The notes beneath the pieces were generated by a model. It ran no database searches, was not told the origin of the DNA, and saw only the letters and a list, made by a program, of their open reading frames with translations. 64,000 nucleotides of DNA from Nitrospirota bacterium (GTDB lineage Bacteria; Nitrospirota; JACRHJ01): contig CAVTDB010000003.1 of the NCBI GenBank assembly GCA_963733375.1, positions 192,001-256,000 on the forward strand. Reading direction: 5' to 3'. The position numbers were made by a program, and so were the translations under genes. Positions within the stretch are counted from its first letter, which is position 1, and every line of letters starts with the position of its first letter. Of the stretch, positions 8,408 to 18,397 are shown piece after piece.

Positions 8408-9507
8408 GGGAATTCTTTAAACCTCGTTCCGGCCCTCGAAAGGACCAGAATCTCTCCGAACATCTCGCCTTGCGATTCCGGTTTTATTATTGAGCTTACG
8501 GCTGTCAGGGACCTGCCCATTATTTTTATTTCCCTGGGCCTTCTGAAAGCCTCCGCCGCGGAGCCGATTACTTCACATTTTGAACACTGGCCCCAGAGTT
8601 TTGCGCTGTCTTTCCCGATGAAGCTTCCGCCGCTGCAACTATATCCTTCAGAGTTTGCCCAACACCTGACGTAGTCTTTCTTGTACATGGGGCACGTCGG
8701 GCAGTTGCATTCCTTGACCTCCCAGCATCTCTTGCCGGTGGGGGCCGCGACGTTCCAGCCAAATACCTCGTCAAGCGGCGGGAGATTTATGAACTCCTGC
8801 ACGGACGTCCCCAGGAGTTCGTGGGACTTAAGCGGCAGATAGTTCTCCACCGATTTGTTCGCCTTCAGCACCACGCCTTCATGGGATAATAAAATAATAC
8901 CGTCCTCCACCTCGTCGAAAATAGTATTCAGCTTCTTCCGCTCCCTGGAGAGTTCCTGCATAAGGTGCGCGTTATCTATGACCACCGCCGCGTAATTGGC
9001 AAGCCTGGCCAGTTCCGCCTTATCTTCGTCCGTAAAGGGCGGGCCGCCCCTGAACGCGGATAGGCCGCCCATTATCTTGCCGTGCGCGATAAGCGGGGCC
9101 AGCGCGGCGGTCGTATAGCCAAGCTCTTTCGCCAGGTCCTTTGAGACGCGGGGGTCGTCGGTTAAATTTTCGCAGAGGATGGATTTCCTGTTTTCCAGCA
9201 CCCAGCCGCAAAGGCCGGACTTCTCTATGGGGAGCCGGATGGAAAGGAATTTCTCCTTGTTCCTGCCGTAGACATGTCCATAATGGATTTCCAGGTTATC
9301 CGGGGAAAGCATGGGGACCGCGACGGTATCTGCGCGTATCATGCGGGCGGCGGTCTGCGCTACAATGTCGATAAGCCTTGCGGGATCAGACTCCTCGGCG
9401 AAGTGCAGCAGGTTCGATTCAAGACTTTCGTATTTTTCGAGCTTGTCTTTAAGGTCTTGAATCTCTCTTTCGTACGGGTTTTGAAGTTCTTCCATCTCTT
9501 GTTCCAT
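8404..9507 (-). CDS. GAF + PAS sensor protein with Cys-rich CW-motif insert
   Basis: GAF (GLCGWVLENRKSIL..DDPR..APLIAHGKIMGGL), PAS (EDGIILLSHEGVVLKAN), CWEVKEC...CWA...CSKCEV. Confidence 0.85.
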   Translation of the reverse strand: MEQEMEELQNPYEREIQDLKDKLEKYESLESNLLHFAEESDPARLIDIVAQTAARMIRADTVAVPMLSPDNLEIHYGHVYGRNKEKFLSIRLPIEKSGLCGWVLENRKSILCENLTDDPRVSKDLAKELGYTTAALAPLIAHGKIMGGLSAFRGGPPFTDEDKAELARLANYAAVVIDNAHLMQELSRERKKLNTIFDEVEDGIILLSHEGVVLKANKSVENYLPLKSHELLGTSVQEFINLPPLDEVFGWNVAAPTGKRCWEVKECNCPTCPMYKKDYVRCWANSEGYSCSGGSFIGKDSAKLWGQCSKCEVIGSAAEAFRRPREIKIMGRSLTAVSSIIKPESQGEMFGEILVLSRAGTRFKEFP

Positions 9508-9852
9508 TTCTCTTTTAAAACATAAAACTAAAAAAAAATTCTAAACAAACATTTTTGCATTATATTTCCGGAAGATAAGCATGTCAACATTTATATAAAT
9601 AAATACTTGAAATTTATTTGTAGAATCTATATAATCTAACCCTAAAGTGTTAGAGGAAACTTAAAAAGAGTTTTTTATTAAGCAAAATCAAAGAGATAGC
9701 ATTTAGGAAAAACTCTCATTTAAGTCTCCGTGACGGTTCCTTGGCAACATAAAAATAAGTAAACCCGCTTGAGGACGGGTTGAAAAAAACCGGAAGTTAG
9801 AGTAAAATAGTTTGTATAACGGGCGGCAAACAAAAAGAAATTGGAGCAAAAT

Positions 9853-10266
9853 ATGACTAACAATTTGATTTATCAGGAAATCGGCAAGCGGATAAGGGAA
9901 CTGAGGGGGAACGAAAGACAGAAGGACTGGGCTTCAAAGATAGGTTGCGACCAGGGTTATATCTCCCAGGTGGAGAACGGCGTGACGAAGCCTTCGCTCT
10001 CGTTCCTTAAAGGGGTCTCCGGCATCACCAACTCGAGCATCGACTGGATGCTGACCGGCAGGGGTGACAGGTGGTGCGGCTTCAAGAGTTATTCCGCGCC
10101 CTCCGGAGACGACACTATCCAGAAGCTGAAGGACAACCCCAAGCTCCTCTTGGCGGTGGACAAGCTCCTTCGGATGAAGGATACCGGTATGGGCGTCCTG
10201 GAAGCCTTCTACGATATGGACGAACTTCGGATCGAGGGGCTTGCCGAGTTCATCGGGGCGAAATAA
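9853..10266 (+). CDS. XRE-family HTH regulator
   Basis: IGKRIRELRG..QGYISQVENGVTKPS..IDWMLTGRG. Confidence 0.9.
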   Translation: MTNNLIYQEIGKRIRELRGNERQKDWASKIGCDQGYISQVENGVTKPSLSFLKGVSGITNSSIDWMLTGRGDRWCGFKSYSAPSGDDTIQKLKDNPKLLLAVDKLLRMKDTGMGVLEAFYDMDELRIEGLAEFIGAK

Positions 10267-10398
10267 CGGCGTTAACCCGTTGCTTATCATCTCCGGACCC
10301 GTTACGAAGATGATCGCCCATCGGCATACTACAGCACGCGCATGCCGCCCCTGGAATGGATGGCCTGATTACGCGAATGCGTGACGAGGGGCGAACAG

Positions 10399-10887
10399 TT
10401 ATGTGTCCTTCAGCAGCCGCCCGAGGAGGTCGATAAGACCGCCTACTATTGCGCCCTCTAACGCGAACACGAATAAAAAGATAATAAAGATAAGGCCGCC
10501 TTCCAGCGAGAAAAGCTGGGCGGCCTCTTTTTTTGCTCCGGAAAAAAATGCCGCAGCGACCGCAACCACTATAAATGCCGCCCATGCCGCCGGCATCAGG
10601 AGCATCAGCCTGAACCAGAACCCCCGCCGGTAGAGCCAGCAGCCCGGGAAAAACGGTTCCAGGGGAGACCTTCTCCGGATGACCAGGTCCAGTATCCCTC
10701 CCAGAAGCGCCCCCGCCCAGCCCGCAAACAGCATCAGCAGGAAAACGTCGAATAATTCCGCCTGGCCTTTGCAACTCCCGGAATAAACATAGTACGAGTA
10801 TCCCGCCCCGGGCAGAAGGGCGGCAAGCGAAAAAACCCACCAGAGCGGCTTTTTCGGCTTTTTTATTCCGGCTGCATCAGCGCACAC
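10399..10887 (-). CDS. Hypothetical 4-TM membrane protein (start uncertain)
   Basis: Four hydrophobic segments; follows rlmI. Confidence 0.55.
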   Translation of the reverse strand: MCADAAGIKKPKKPLWWVFSLAALLPGAGYSYYVYSGSCKGQAELFDVFLLMLFAGWAGALLGGILDLVIRRRSPLEPFFPGCWLYRRGFWFRLMLLMPAAWAAFIVVAVAAAFFSGAKKEAAQLFSLEGGLIFIIFLFVFALEGAIVGGLIDLLGRLLKDT

Positions 10888-12053
10888 TTCAGGTACTCCG
10901 TCTCCGGCGCGCTCAAAAGCACTGGATGGTCCTTCGATTGGGAACGCGTCTCGATTATCCGGACTCCCCTGCCCGTCCCCGACGCACTCGCCCGTAGCAT
11001 TTCATAGAAATCTTCTCTGCCCAGGTGGTGAGAACAGGAACAGGAAATGAAAAATCCCCCCGGCCTGACGAGCCTTAAGGCCTTGGCGTTTAAATCCTTA
11101 TACCCGCGCAGCCCTTCGGCGATTTTGGCCCGGCTCTTTATAAAGGCTGGCGGGTCGGCCACTACCACGTCGAATTTTTTCCCCTCATCCGACATTCTTT
11201 TAAGGGCCGTCAGCGCGTCTTCCCGTATAAAATCCGCCCGCTCCGAACATCCGTTTAATTGTGCATTCTCCCTCGCGAAAGCCAGGGCGGGCGCGGACGA
11301 ATCCACGAAGGTTGCGCCCTTCGCCCCGAATTTAAGCGCTGAGATGCCCCAGGCCCCGGTATGGCAGAAGAGGTCCAGGACATCGGCATTGGCGGATATT
11401 TTCTCAAGCAGGGAATAGTTGTCCGCCTGGTCCAGGAAGAATCCGGTCTTCTGGCCTTCCAGCAGGTCGGCCTTCAGCTTCAGGCCTGATAAATCAATCT
11501 CTACAGCCCCGCCGTATTCACCGTACGCGATTTTTTTCTCCAGCGGCAGGCCCTCCAGGGCACGTAGCTTCGAGTCGTTCCTGAGCACTATGCCGGAAGG
11601 CTTGTAAACCTCCTTCAGCGCGTCCAGCACGTCCGGCAGGAGCCTCTCCATCCCCTGTGTCAGCGCCTGCACGGACAGCCAGTCTCCATACCTGTCCACG
11701 ATAAGCCCCGGCAGGAAATCAGACTCCGAGAACACCGCGCGCCAGGAATTTCTGTCTGGATAAAACCTCTCCCGGAGACGCTTTGCGTCTTCTATCCTTT
11801 TCTTCAAAAGAGCTACTGTAAACGGCTCGTCCCCGCGGGTAAGGAGCCTGACGGCGATCAGGCTGTGCGGGTTGACGTATCCCGTGCCGACGGGCCGTCC
11901 GGCGTAATCGGCCACCAGCACCATATCGCCCGGCGTAAGGCCCTTGGGGATATCCTCGAACTCGTTTGAGAACGCCCACGGGTGCCCACGGCGGATGCGG
12001 CGGTCTTCTTTCTTCTTCAGGCGAAGTGTCTTAATGGATGTATAGTTATTCAA
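10863..12053 (-). CDS. rlmI: 23S rRNA m5C1962-type SAM methyltransferase
   Basis: PUA (GHPWAFSNE), ESDFLPGLIVD, GQKTGFFLDQ, DPPAF, CSCSHH, ETEYLK. Confidence 0.9.
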   Translation of the reverse strand: MNNYTSIKTLRLKKKEDRRIRRGHPWAFSNEFEDIPKGLTPGDMVLVADYAGRPVGTGYVNPHSLIAVRLLTRGDEPFTVALLKKRIEDAKRLRERFYPDRNSWRAVFSESDFLPGLIVDRYGDWLSVQALTQGMERLLPDVLDALKEVYKPSGIVLRNDSKLRALEGLPLEKKIAYGEYGGAVEIDLSGLKLKADLLEGQKTGFFLDQADNYSLLEKISANADVLDLFCHTGAWGISALKFGAKGATFVDSSAPALAFARENAQLNGCSERADFIREDALTALKRMSDEGKKFDVVVADPPAFIKSRAKIAEGLRGYKDLNAKALRLVRPGGFFISCSCSHHLGREDFYEMLRASASGTGRGVRIIETRSQSKDHPVLLSAPETEYLKCALMQPE

Positions 12054-12147
12054 AATTATTCCTTTTTATAAATAAGTTTAAGGGAGATTTATCAAGAAAG
12101 GGCATAGATGTAAAAAAGGAAACTTGATGTGAGGAAGAAATATCTTA

Positions 12148-13140
12148 TCACTTTTTCTTGTGAGTAAGTATAAAGGCTGTTGCAATAATTACAATACCAA
12201 TAGCCACCGCGAAATTTGCACGAGCGCTATCACTAAGATTCTTAATTTTAAGGAAGCTATTAGCACCATACATAAGAGGGATAAGTCCGACTACAACCCC
12301 GGCAATTTTTGTAAACTTCTTCGTAAAAATTGTTTCAATGCTATCCAAAAAACTTTGCTGTAATTCTTTAAGTTTCCCCGAAAGGTGCTCCGTCTCATTA
12401 TCAATTTTAGTGGATAATTCTCCAGTTCTTTTTTCAAACTGCTCTTTCATTAGTAAGACATCTTTTGAAACCATCTCAAATTTTCCATCAAGCGCGACGA
12501 GTTCAGTGCCGATATGATCAAATGGATACCCGGCTTCACGAAGTTGTTTTTTGGGATCAAGTTTAGCAAATGATGACGATATAATTTTATTTTTAGGAAT
12601 GTCGGCTGGAATTTGACGTGTAGAGCGAACTATGCCATCTGAATCTTGATATTTGTCGGTTTCTCGTTCACCGTATGGTAGATTTGGTACTTCATTCCCT
12701 TCGAGAAGAAAGATAGTAAGTTTGAAAATTGGTTCGCCATATTGAACAACGAGTTCTTTATTGGAATTATTTCGAAGGCTCCAATTTAATTTACCTCGAA
12801 ATCCCGCGTCTATTTTAGTTGTAAGTTGAGAAATACCCTCTCGCATCATTGTAGTTGTGGGCGTAATTAAACCCATCAACATGGAATTAGGATAAATCTT
12901 ATTAACCGTGTCAGGCGTAAAATCAATTTTTTCTAAGCTAGAGATAAGTACCGTTTCACCCGGATTGACTTGAAGAAACGTGCCGGGTTTGAGTTCATTT
13001 TCTTCACCCGTCGAACTAAATTTGACATGCGCTCCAAGCCTTAGCTCGATACTATTAGGTTTGATACGATTTTCATCGGAGTCTACAATGATAGAATCCA
13101 ATAATTTCTTAATTTCGTGGTCGGCAAGTACCTGAGCCAT
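12148..13140 (-). CDS. dCTP deaminase/dUTPase-fold protein with coiled coil and two C-terminal TM helices
   Basis: VLADHEI..IKPNSIELRLG..PGETVL..IDAGFRGKL..YGEPI; AT-rich relative to neighbours. Confidence 0.8.
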   Translation of the reverse strand: MAQVLADHEIKKLLDSIIVDSDENRIKPNSIELRLGAHVKFSSTGEENELKPGTFLQVNPGETVLISSLEKIDFTPDTVNKIYPNSMLMGLITPTTTMMREGISQLTTKIDAGFRGKLNWSLRNNSNKELVVQYGEPIFKLTIFLLEGNEVPNLPYGERETDKYQDSDGIVRSTRQIPADIPKNKIISSSFAKLDPKKQLREAGYPFDHIGTELVALDGKFEMVSKDVLLMKEQFEKRTGELSTKIDNETEHLSGKLKELQQSFLDSIETIFTKKFTKIAGVVVGLIPLMYGANSFLKIKNLSDSARANFAVAIGIVIIATAFILTHKKK

Positions 13141-13173
13141 AGAGAATCCTTAATCTGCCCTTAACTAGGCCTG

Positions 13174-14135
13174 TTACTCCCGGACATCGACATACGCCTT
13201 TTCCCGCAGTTCGCCTATCCATTTCGCGAACAGCTTCTCGCCCTGCTGTGCGGAAAGCTCCTCGACTATCTCGGGCCGGGCGTCATCAAGGGTCTTGGAC
13301 GACGCCTCCGTCTTCTCCATCACCTTTATAAGCTGGTATCCTTTATCGTCTGATTTTATCGGCTGGCTAACCTCTCCCTGCTTCATGCCGAACGCGGCGG
13401 CTTCGATATCCGGGGCGAGTTCCCCTTTGCCGAACGTGCCCAGGACACAGCGTCTTGGACGCGCCCTCGTCCCCGGTGCATTTCGCGGCCATCTCCTCGA
13501 ACGGCGTCCCCTTTTCTATCTCCGCCCTCGCCTCGTTCGCGGCCTTTAGCGCCCCGTCCATATCTCCGTCTTTAGCGGGGAACAGGATATGCGCCACCTT
13601 GACGGACGCGGGGATTACGAACTTCGATTTATTCTCGTTATAGTATTTTACGATGTCCTCGTCCTTGATGGATATCCTCGATTTTACGTCGTGGCCGACG
13701 AGCCTCATTATCAGGAGCTGGTCGCCCAGGTTCTGCTTATAGTCGTCGGCGACATATCCCTCGTTCTCCAGCGCGGCGTCGAAGGCGGCTTTATCCATGT
13801 GGTTCTTCTTCATGATGTCATCGATGGCCGCGTCCACCTCTTCCTTGGATACCTCTATCCCCTCTTTCTTCGCCTCCTGGACCTGGAGGTATTTGTCCAC
13901 CAGGCCGTTAACGGTCGCCTTCCTTAGCTTCTCCTCAGCTCTCGCCAGGTCCTCGCCGTCGTAACGCTGTTTAAGCTGGCTAAGCGACGGGGCCATCTCG
14001 CTCTGGAGTTCGCTTAAGGTTATCAACGTCCGGCCCGACTATCGCCACTACCCGGTCTATCTCGACCGCAGACGAAGTCGAAACAAAAAATAGCATCGGC
14101 AAAAGCGCGCCTATGACAAGGCTTAACTTCTTCAT
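13174..14135 (-). CDS. SurA-like parvulin PPIase (frameshifted)
   Basis: Signal peptide, IDRVVAIV/ITLSEL, VKVAHIL, GEVSQPI, WIGELREKAYV across three frames. Confidence 0.85.
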
Positions 14136-14345
14136 AATGGAACACCTTCCGTAGAGATTGCAAACATACCGAAAACTCCCGAAAAGATAACATGAAAGGG
14201 GCTGTCAAAGCAAGCGATATCATAAATACCGGGAACGAGGGCGGACATGAAGCCGATTAAGAATAACAAGCAGGGGTGGACAGATACATGTTGAACGGGC
14301 TTTTCAACTCTGCTAAAGTGCTCTGTCATGAAAAAGCGCCATCTC

Positions 14346-15356
14346 ATGAAAAAAATATTCCTTCTGCTCATCATTTTGGCCCTCGTTTCCTCCTGCTCCA
14401 AAAAAGAAGGGCTGTATCAGGAAACCCGGGTGATAATGGGGACGTATGTCACCATTACCTTAAACGAGAACGGCAAAAGCCAGGACGATTTGACTAAGGC
14501 TGCCAGTGACGCGTTTGCGCAGATTACGAAGGTGGACGAGCTTATGAGCACCTATAAGCCCGAGTCCAACCTGAGCCGGATAAACCAGTCCGCCGGAATA
14601 GCGCCCGTCCATGCGGACCCGGAGGTCATCGATAACATCGAGAAGGCGCTATATGTCGCCAAACTCACGGACGGCGCGTTCGACGTGACCGTCGGGCCGC
14701 TGGTTAATGCCTGGAAGATAGGCTCCAAAGGTGCGCGTGTGCCCTCGCCGGACGAGATAAGGAAGGCGCTCACACTAGTGGGCTGGCGGAATATCGAAAT
14801 CGATAAACACGCCGGGACGGTTTTCATAAAGAAACGGGGCGCATCGATCGACCTTGGCGGTATAGCGAAGGGCTACGCCTCCGACATGGCGGTTTCAGTC
14901 CTGAAGAAGGCGGGCATAAAGGGCGGCATCGTCGCCTGCGCCGGGGATATAAAAGTCTTCGGCGTCCGTCCTGACGGCACGCTCTGGACGGTCGGCATAC
15001 AGCACCCGCGCAAGAAAGATGGCGAGCTGATGGCCAAGCTCACCCTGACAGACTGCGCGCTATCTACCTCCGGCGATTACGAGCGATACTTTCTAAAGGA
15101 CGGCGTGCGCTACCACCATATCCTGGACCCCAGGACGGGCTATCCCGCGCGGGGGCTGATGAGCGTCACGGTGCTGTCGAAGGAGTCGTGGCTCTCGGAC
15201 TCAATGGGTAAGTTGTTCGTCCTCGGGCCGGATAAGGCTTACGCGCTGGCCCTAAAGCATCCGGAAATCGAGGTCCTGATGATAACCGACGCGGGTAAGG
15301 TCCTGGCGACGGGCAGGTTCAAGGGATTAAAGGTGGCGCCGGTAGGGGCCGGATAA
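14346..15356 (+). CDS. apbE: FAD:protein FMN transferase lipoprotein
   Basis: Lipobox, MGT, GAFDVTVGPL, DLGGIAKGY, STSGDYERY, HHILDPRTG. Confidence 0.95.
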   Translation: MKKIFLLLIILALVSSCSKKEGLYQETRVIMGTYVTITLNENGKSQDDLTKAASDAFAQITKVDELMSTYKPESNLSRINQSAGIAPVHADPEVIDNIEKALYVAKLTDGAFDVTVGPLVNAWKIGSKGARVPSPDEIRKALTLVGWRNIEIDKHAGTVFIKKRGASIDLGGIAKGYASDMAVSVLKKAGIKGGIVACAGDIKVFGVRPDGTLWTVGIQHPRKKDGELMAKLTLTDCALSTSGDYERYFLKDGVRYHHILDPRTGYPARGLMSVTVLSKESWLSDSMGKLFVLGPDKAYALALKHPEIEVLMITDAGKVLATGRFKGLKVAPVGAG

Positions 15357-15379
15357 AAAATAAATTTAGGAGATTTCCA

Positions 15380-16072
15380 ATGCAAACTGATTGGCAGAAA
15401 CAGGTAAGTGCTAGTACTTTAGAGGGTGCCGCTATTAGTGTAGTTTTAAAAGGTTTACCTAATACATGTCCAGTATGTAGTCATAAAATGACTCCTCATA
15501 TTCAAGCTATTATTATTATTCCATTTCCGCCGGTGAAAAAGGTACAAGTTGCTTTTAGGTGTGCAAATTCCGCATGTCAAGAATTGTTTATTGGAACTTA
15601 TAATTTACTTCCGGGAAGAACTTCTGACTATTTGTTTTTTAAATCTGAACCCCTAAAATACAGAGAAAAAGAATTTCCCGCAACAATTAAAGAGATTTCG
15701 GTCGATTTTGTCAAAATTTATAACCAAGCACTAGCTGCCGAAGCAGCCAATTTAAACGAAATTGTTGGTATTGGTCTTAGAAAGTCTCTTGAATTTTTAA
15801 TAAAAGATTTTGCTTTGAAAATGAATCCCGATAAGGATGAGGAAATAAAAAAATGCTCGCTTGCATCGTGCATTAGTAATTATGTTGCTGATACAAATAT
15901 TAAAGAATGTGCCAAAAGGGCAACCTGGCTCGGAAACGATGAAACTCACTACATAAAAAAATGGGAAGACAAGGATATTGAGGACTTAAAACGACTTGTT
16001 CATTTAACCGTGAATTGGATAGACAGTGTAATACTAACAAAAAAATATACTGACGAAATGGCAAGTTCTTAA
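15380..16072 (+). CDS. DUF4145-like protein with N-terminal Zn ribbon
   Basis: CPVC..CANSAC, RKSLEFLIKD, WLGNDETH; AT-rich. Confidence 0.75.
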   Translation: MQTDWQKQVSASTLEGAAISVVLKGLPNTCPVCSHKMTPHIQAIIIIPFPPVKKVQVAFRCANSACQELFIGTYNLLPGRTSDYLFFKSEPLKYREKEFPATIKEISVDFVKIYNQALAAEAANLNEIVGIGLRKSLEFLIKDFALKMNPDKDEEIKKCSLASCISNYVADTNIKECAKRATWLGNDETHYIKKWEDKDIEDLKRLVHLTVNWIDSVILTKKYTDEMASS

Positions 16073-16116
16073 GGTTGAAACCTTCTTGCCTATAAGGAGC
16101 TATTGATTAAATATGG

Positions 16117-16144
16117 AAAAGGCCCGGCAATAGCCGGGCCTTTT
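16117..16144. terminator. Bidirectional terminator
   Basis: AAAAGGCCCGGC-AATA-GCCGGGCCTTTT between convergent genes. Confidence 0.85.
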
Positions 16145-16163
16145 GTTGTAGCGTAACAGTGGG

Positions 16164-17963
16164 TTAATCGTCCCCGCCGCGTCCGGACACCCCGGCGAGC
16201 GCCTGAGATATGGCCTGTATCTGCGCGCTCGTAAGAGAGGAACTTAACGAACTCATCTGGTACACGGAGTTCAGTGCGCTCTGTATCGTCGAGGTCGATG
16301 AGCCTCCTATCGACGAAGTTGCGAGCGCTCCATGACAGCTTGAGCAGTACGTCGTGTAAAGGGTCGGCCCATCCAGGGTCGTGGTGCCTCCTCCCCCGGA
16401 GGTGCCGCCTCCGGACGTGGACCCGCTGAGCGCCTGCGCTATGGCCTGTATCTGCGTGGTCGTGAGGGAACTGAGCGAACTCATCTGGGACACGGAGCTT
16501 ATGCCTGTTTGTATCAGCGCGGCGGTTGCGCCTGATTTAGACGAGGTAGCAAGCGGGCCGTGGCAGCCGGAGCAGTATGTGCCGTAAAGCGTTGCCCCGT
16601 CCGTTGTCGTCGTGCCTCCCCCGGTCGAGCCACCGGAAGTGCCGCCCCCGAAGGTGCCTGAAGTGACGTTGCTGTTCTTCCACTGGTACTGGTGCGGCCA
16701 GTTCGTCGTGTCGGTCGAGTTTATCGCGGTATGGCAGATATTGCAGCCGTTTTTTCTCTGCGGGTTCTGGTAGCCGTGCTCTTCGAGATAATCCGACAGG
16801 CCTTCCCCTTTCGAACTGCTGTGGCAGGCCCCGCAACTCCCGATTGTCTTTGCCGCGCCCTGATACTGGTTGGCCTGGTAGTTGTCGGAGGCTTCCCTCG
16901 ACGGCAACATCGCGTGCGGCGAGTTGTGGCAGGCCGAGCAGTGAAGCCCGCCGTGCCCGGCCGCGTTCCTGTACAGGGTCGTGCCCGTATCTACCTCGGC
17001 GACACCCTGATGGCACGTGACGCATTTCGGCTCGCTCATCCAGGGTATCCTGCCGCCGGTCATTGCCGTATTGGCTACGTTCGCCATATCGCCGTGGCAG
17101 GTGGTGCAGCCGCCGTCGGCATTGGTATGCGCAAGGCTCCTGCTGCACTGGGTCTTGTCGCCGGGATGGCAGTCGTAGCAGGTCGCGCCCTTGTCGCTGT
17201 GGAATTTATGCATCGCCACGGAGAGGTATTCCGTCGCGCCGCCCTGGTTGACGGTATGCAGTACCGGGTCGGCATGGCAGCCGGCGCAGAGCACCGGGCC
17301 ACTGCCGGATAAGTGCGTGCCCTGCGCTGCGTCATGTTTTTTAAGGATATCGCCAAGCGGGTCCGTACTGCCGTGGCACTTGGCGCAGTTTATCTCGTCC
17401 GATACCGGCAGCGTCGTCCGCGTCTGGGCGACGACCGTACCGGCCTTGTTCTTCACGGTAATGATTGCGACCTGGTACGGGTTCCATACTCCTTTGTCGT
17501 TGAGCGGAGTGGCGGGTATACCGTCGGCCTCGAACTGAGAGCCGTGAACGACCATTTTGCCGGCAAGCCCGTTGTGTATCGTCGGGTCGACCAAGTTCAG
17601 CCCCGTGTTCGCCTTAAGGGTGATCCCGAACAGCTTCATGCAATTGGCCCAGAACTGTCCAAAGAGACCCTTGCCGGAGGAATAGGTGTTGCCGACTAAG
17701 CTGTAACTTACGGTCAGGCCCGTCGTGACCACCGTCGGCGGGTCGCCTCGCTTTACCACCTGGACTATCAGCGTATTATAAGGCGGCAGGATGACCGCCT
17801 TGTCGAATTCATTGTTGGCGCAGTGCATGCCGAGGTCGTTCCAGGCAAACACCACGTAATTTGATTTAACGGTTACACTTCCAGCCAATGCCGACTGCGC
17901 CAGCATTATAGTGGCAAAAGAAACTACGGTAATCGTCGCTATCATGCGCCTAATTCCAAACAT
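16164..17963 (-). CDS. Secreted multiheme cytochrome c (10 CxxCH)
   Basis: Signal peptide, WNDLGMHC N-domain, 8 clustered CxxCH plus two C-terminal monoheme repeats; AGGAG RBS. Confidence 0.93.
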   Translation of the reverse strand: MFGIRRMIATITVVSFATIMLAQSALAGSVTVKSNYVVFAWNDLGMHCANNEFDKAVILPPYNTLIVQVVKRGDPPTVVTTGLTVSYSLVGNTYSSGKGLFGQFWANCMKLFGITLKANTGLNLVDPTIHNGLAGKMVVHGSQFEADGIPATPLNDKGVWNPYQVAIITVKNKAGTVVAQTRTTLPVSDEINCAKCHGSTDPLGDILKKHDAAQGTHLSGSGPVLCAGCHADPVLHTVNQGGATEYLSVAMHKFHSDKGATCYDCHPGDKTQCSRSLAHTNADGGCTTCHGDMANVANTAMTGGRIPWMSEPKCVTCHQGVAEVDTGTTLYRNAAGHGGLHCSACHNSPHAMLPSREASDNYQANQYQGAAKTIGSCGACHSSSKGEGLSDYLEEHGYQNPQRKNGCNICHTAINSTDTTNWPHQYQWKNSNVTSGTFGGGTSGGSTGGGTTTTDGATLYGTYCSGCHGPLATSSKSGATAALIQTGISSVSQMSSLSSLTTTQIQAIAQALSGSTSGGGTSGGGGTTTLDGPTLYTTYCSSCHGALATSSIGGSSTSTIQSALNSVYQMSSLSSSLTSAQIQAISQALAGVSGRGGDD

Positions 17964-18397
17964 TGTCTTTCTCCTTTTCTTTCTGCTCCACTCGGTATTT
18001 CTTCCATCCGCCGCATTTGAGAAAGCTGCCGTCCGTGGTGCAGGCGTCCTGACCTTCACCTAGTTTATTACCTTTAAGGTAATGTAACCACGGTCCAGGG
18101 TGCGGGCGTCGCGACCTGCACTCCTTATGTCTTGCAAACCATGGTTAAAACTTGCGATAAAGCTACCAGCCGCCCCGCTCACTGTCAATAATAATTATTA
18201 TTAAAAACATTTAACTTGTATCGCATTATTTGGTTTTTGTTAGTGATCAAGGGCGGTTATATAACTGTTTGGCTTAGGATTTTTCTCACGGATTATTAAA
18301 ACCGCTTAAGGCGCATCGCGTTTGATTTTCCTGGTCATCGCGCTATACTTCTAGTTATGTGGGCTATTCTGAGTTTTAACGTGGAGAGGGGACGGCA

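Noticed and set aside
13141-13175. Integron cassette origin for the dcd-like gene (GTTAAGG upstream)
   Set aside because: Not a true GTTRRRY, and no attC-like inverted repeat is visible downstream.
18031-18116. 24-bp repeat / 38-bp spacer as CRISPR or c-di-GMP riboswitch
   Set aside because: Two degenerate copies with a palindromic spacer; no GNRA-loop/receptor pattern of GEMM-I recognised. Kept only as an unknown leader structure.
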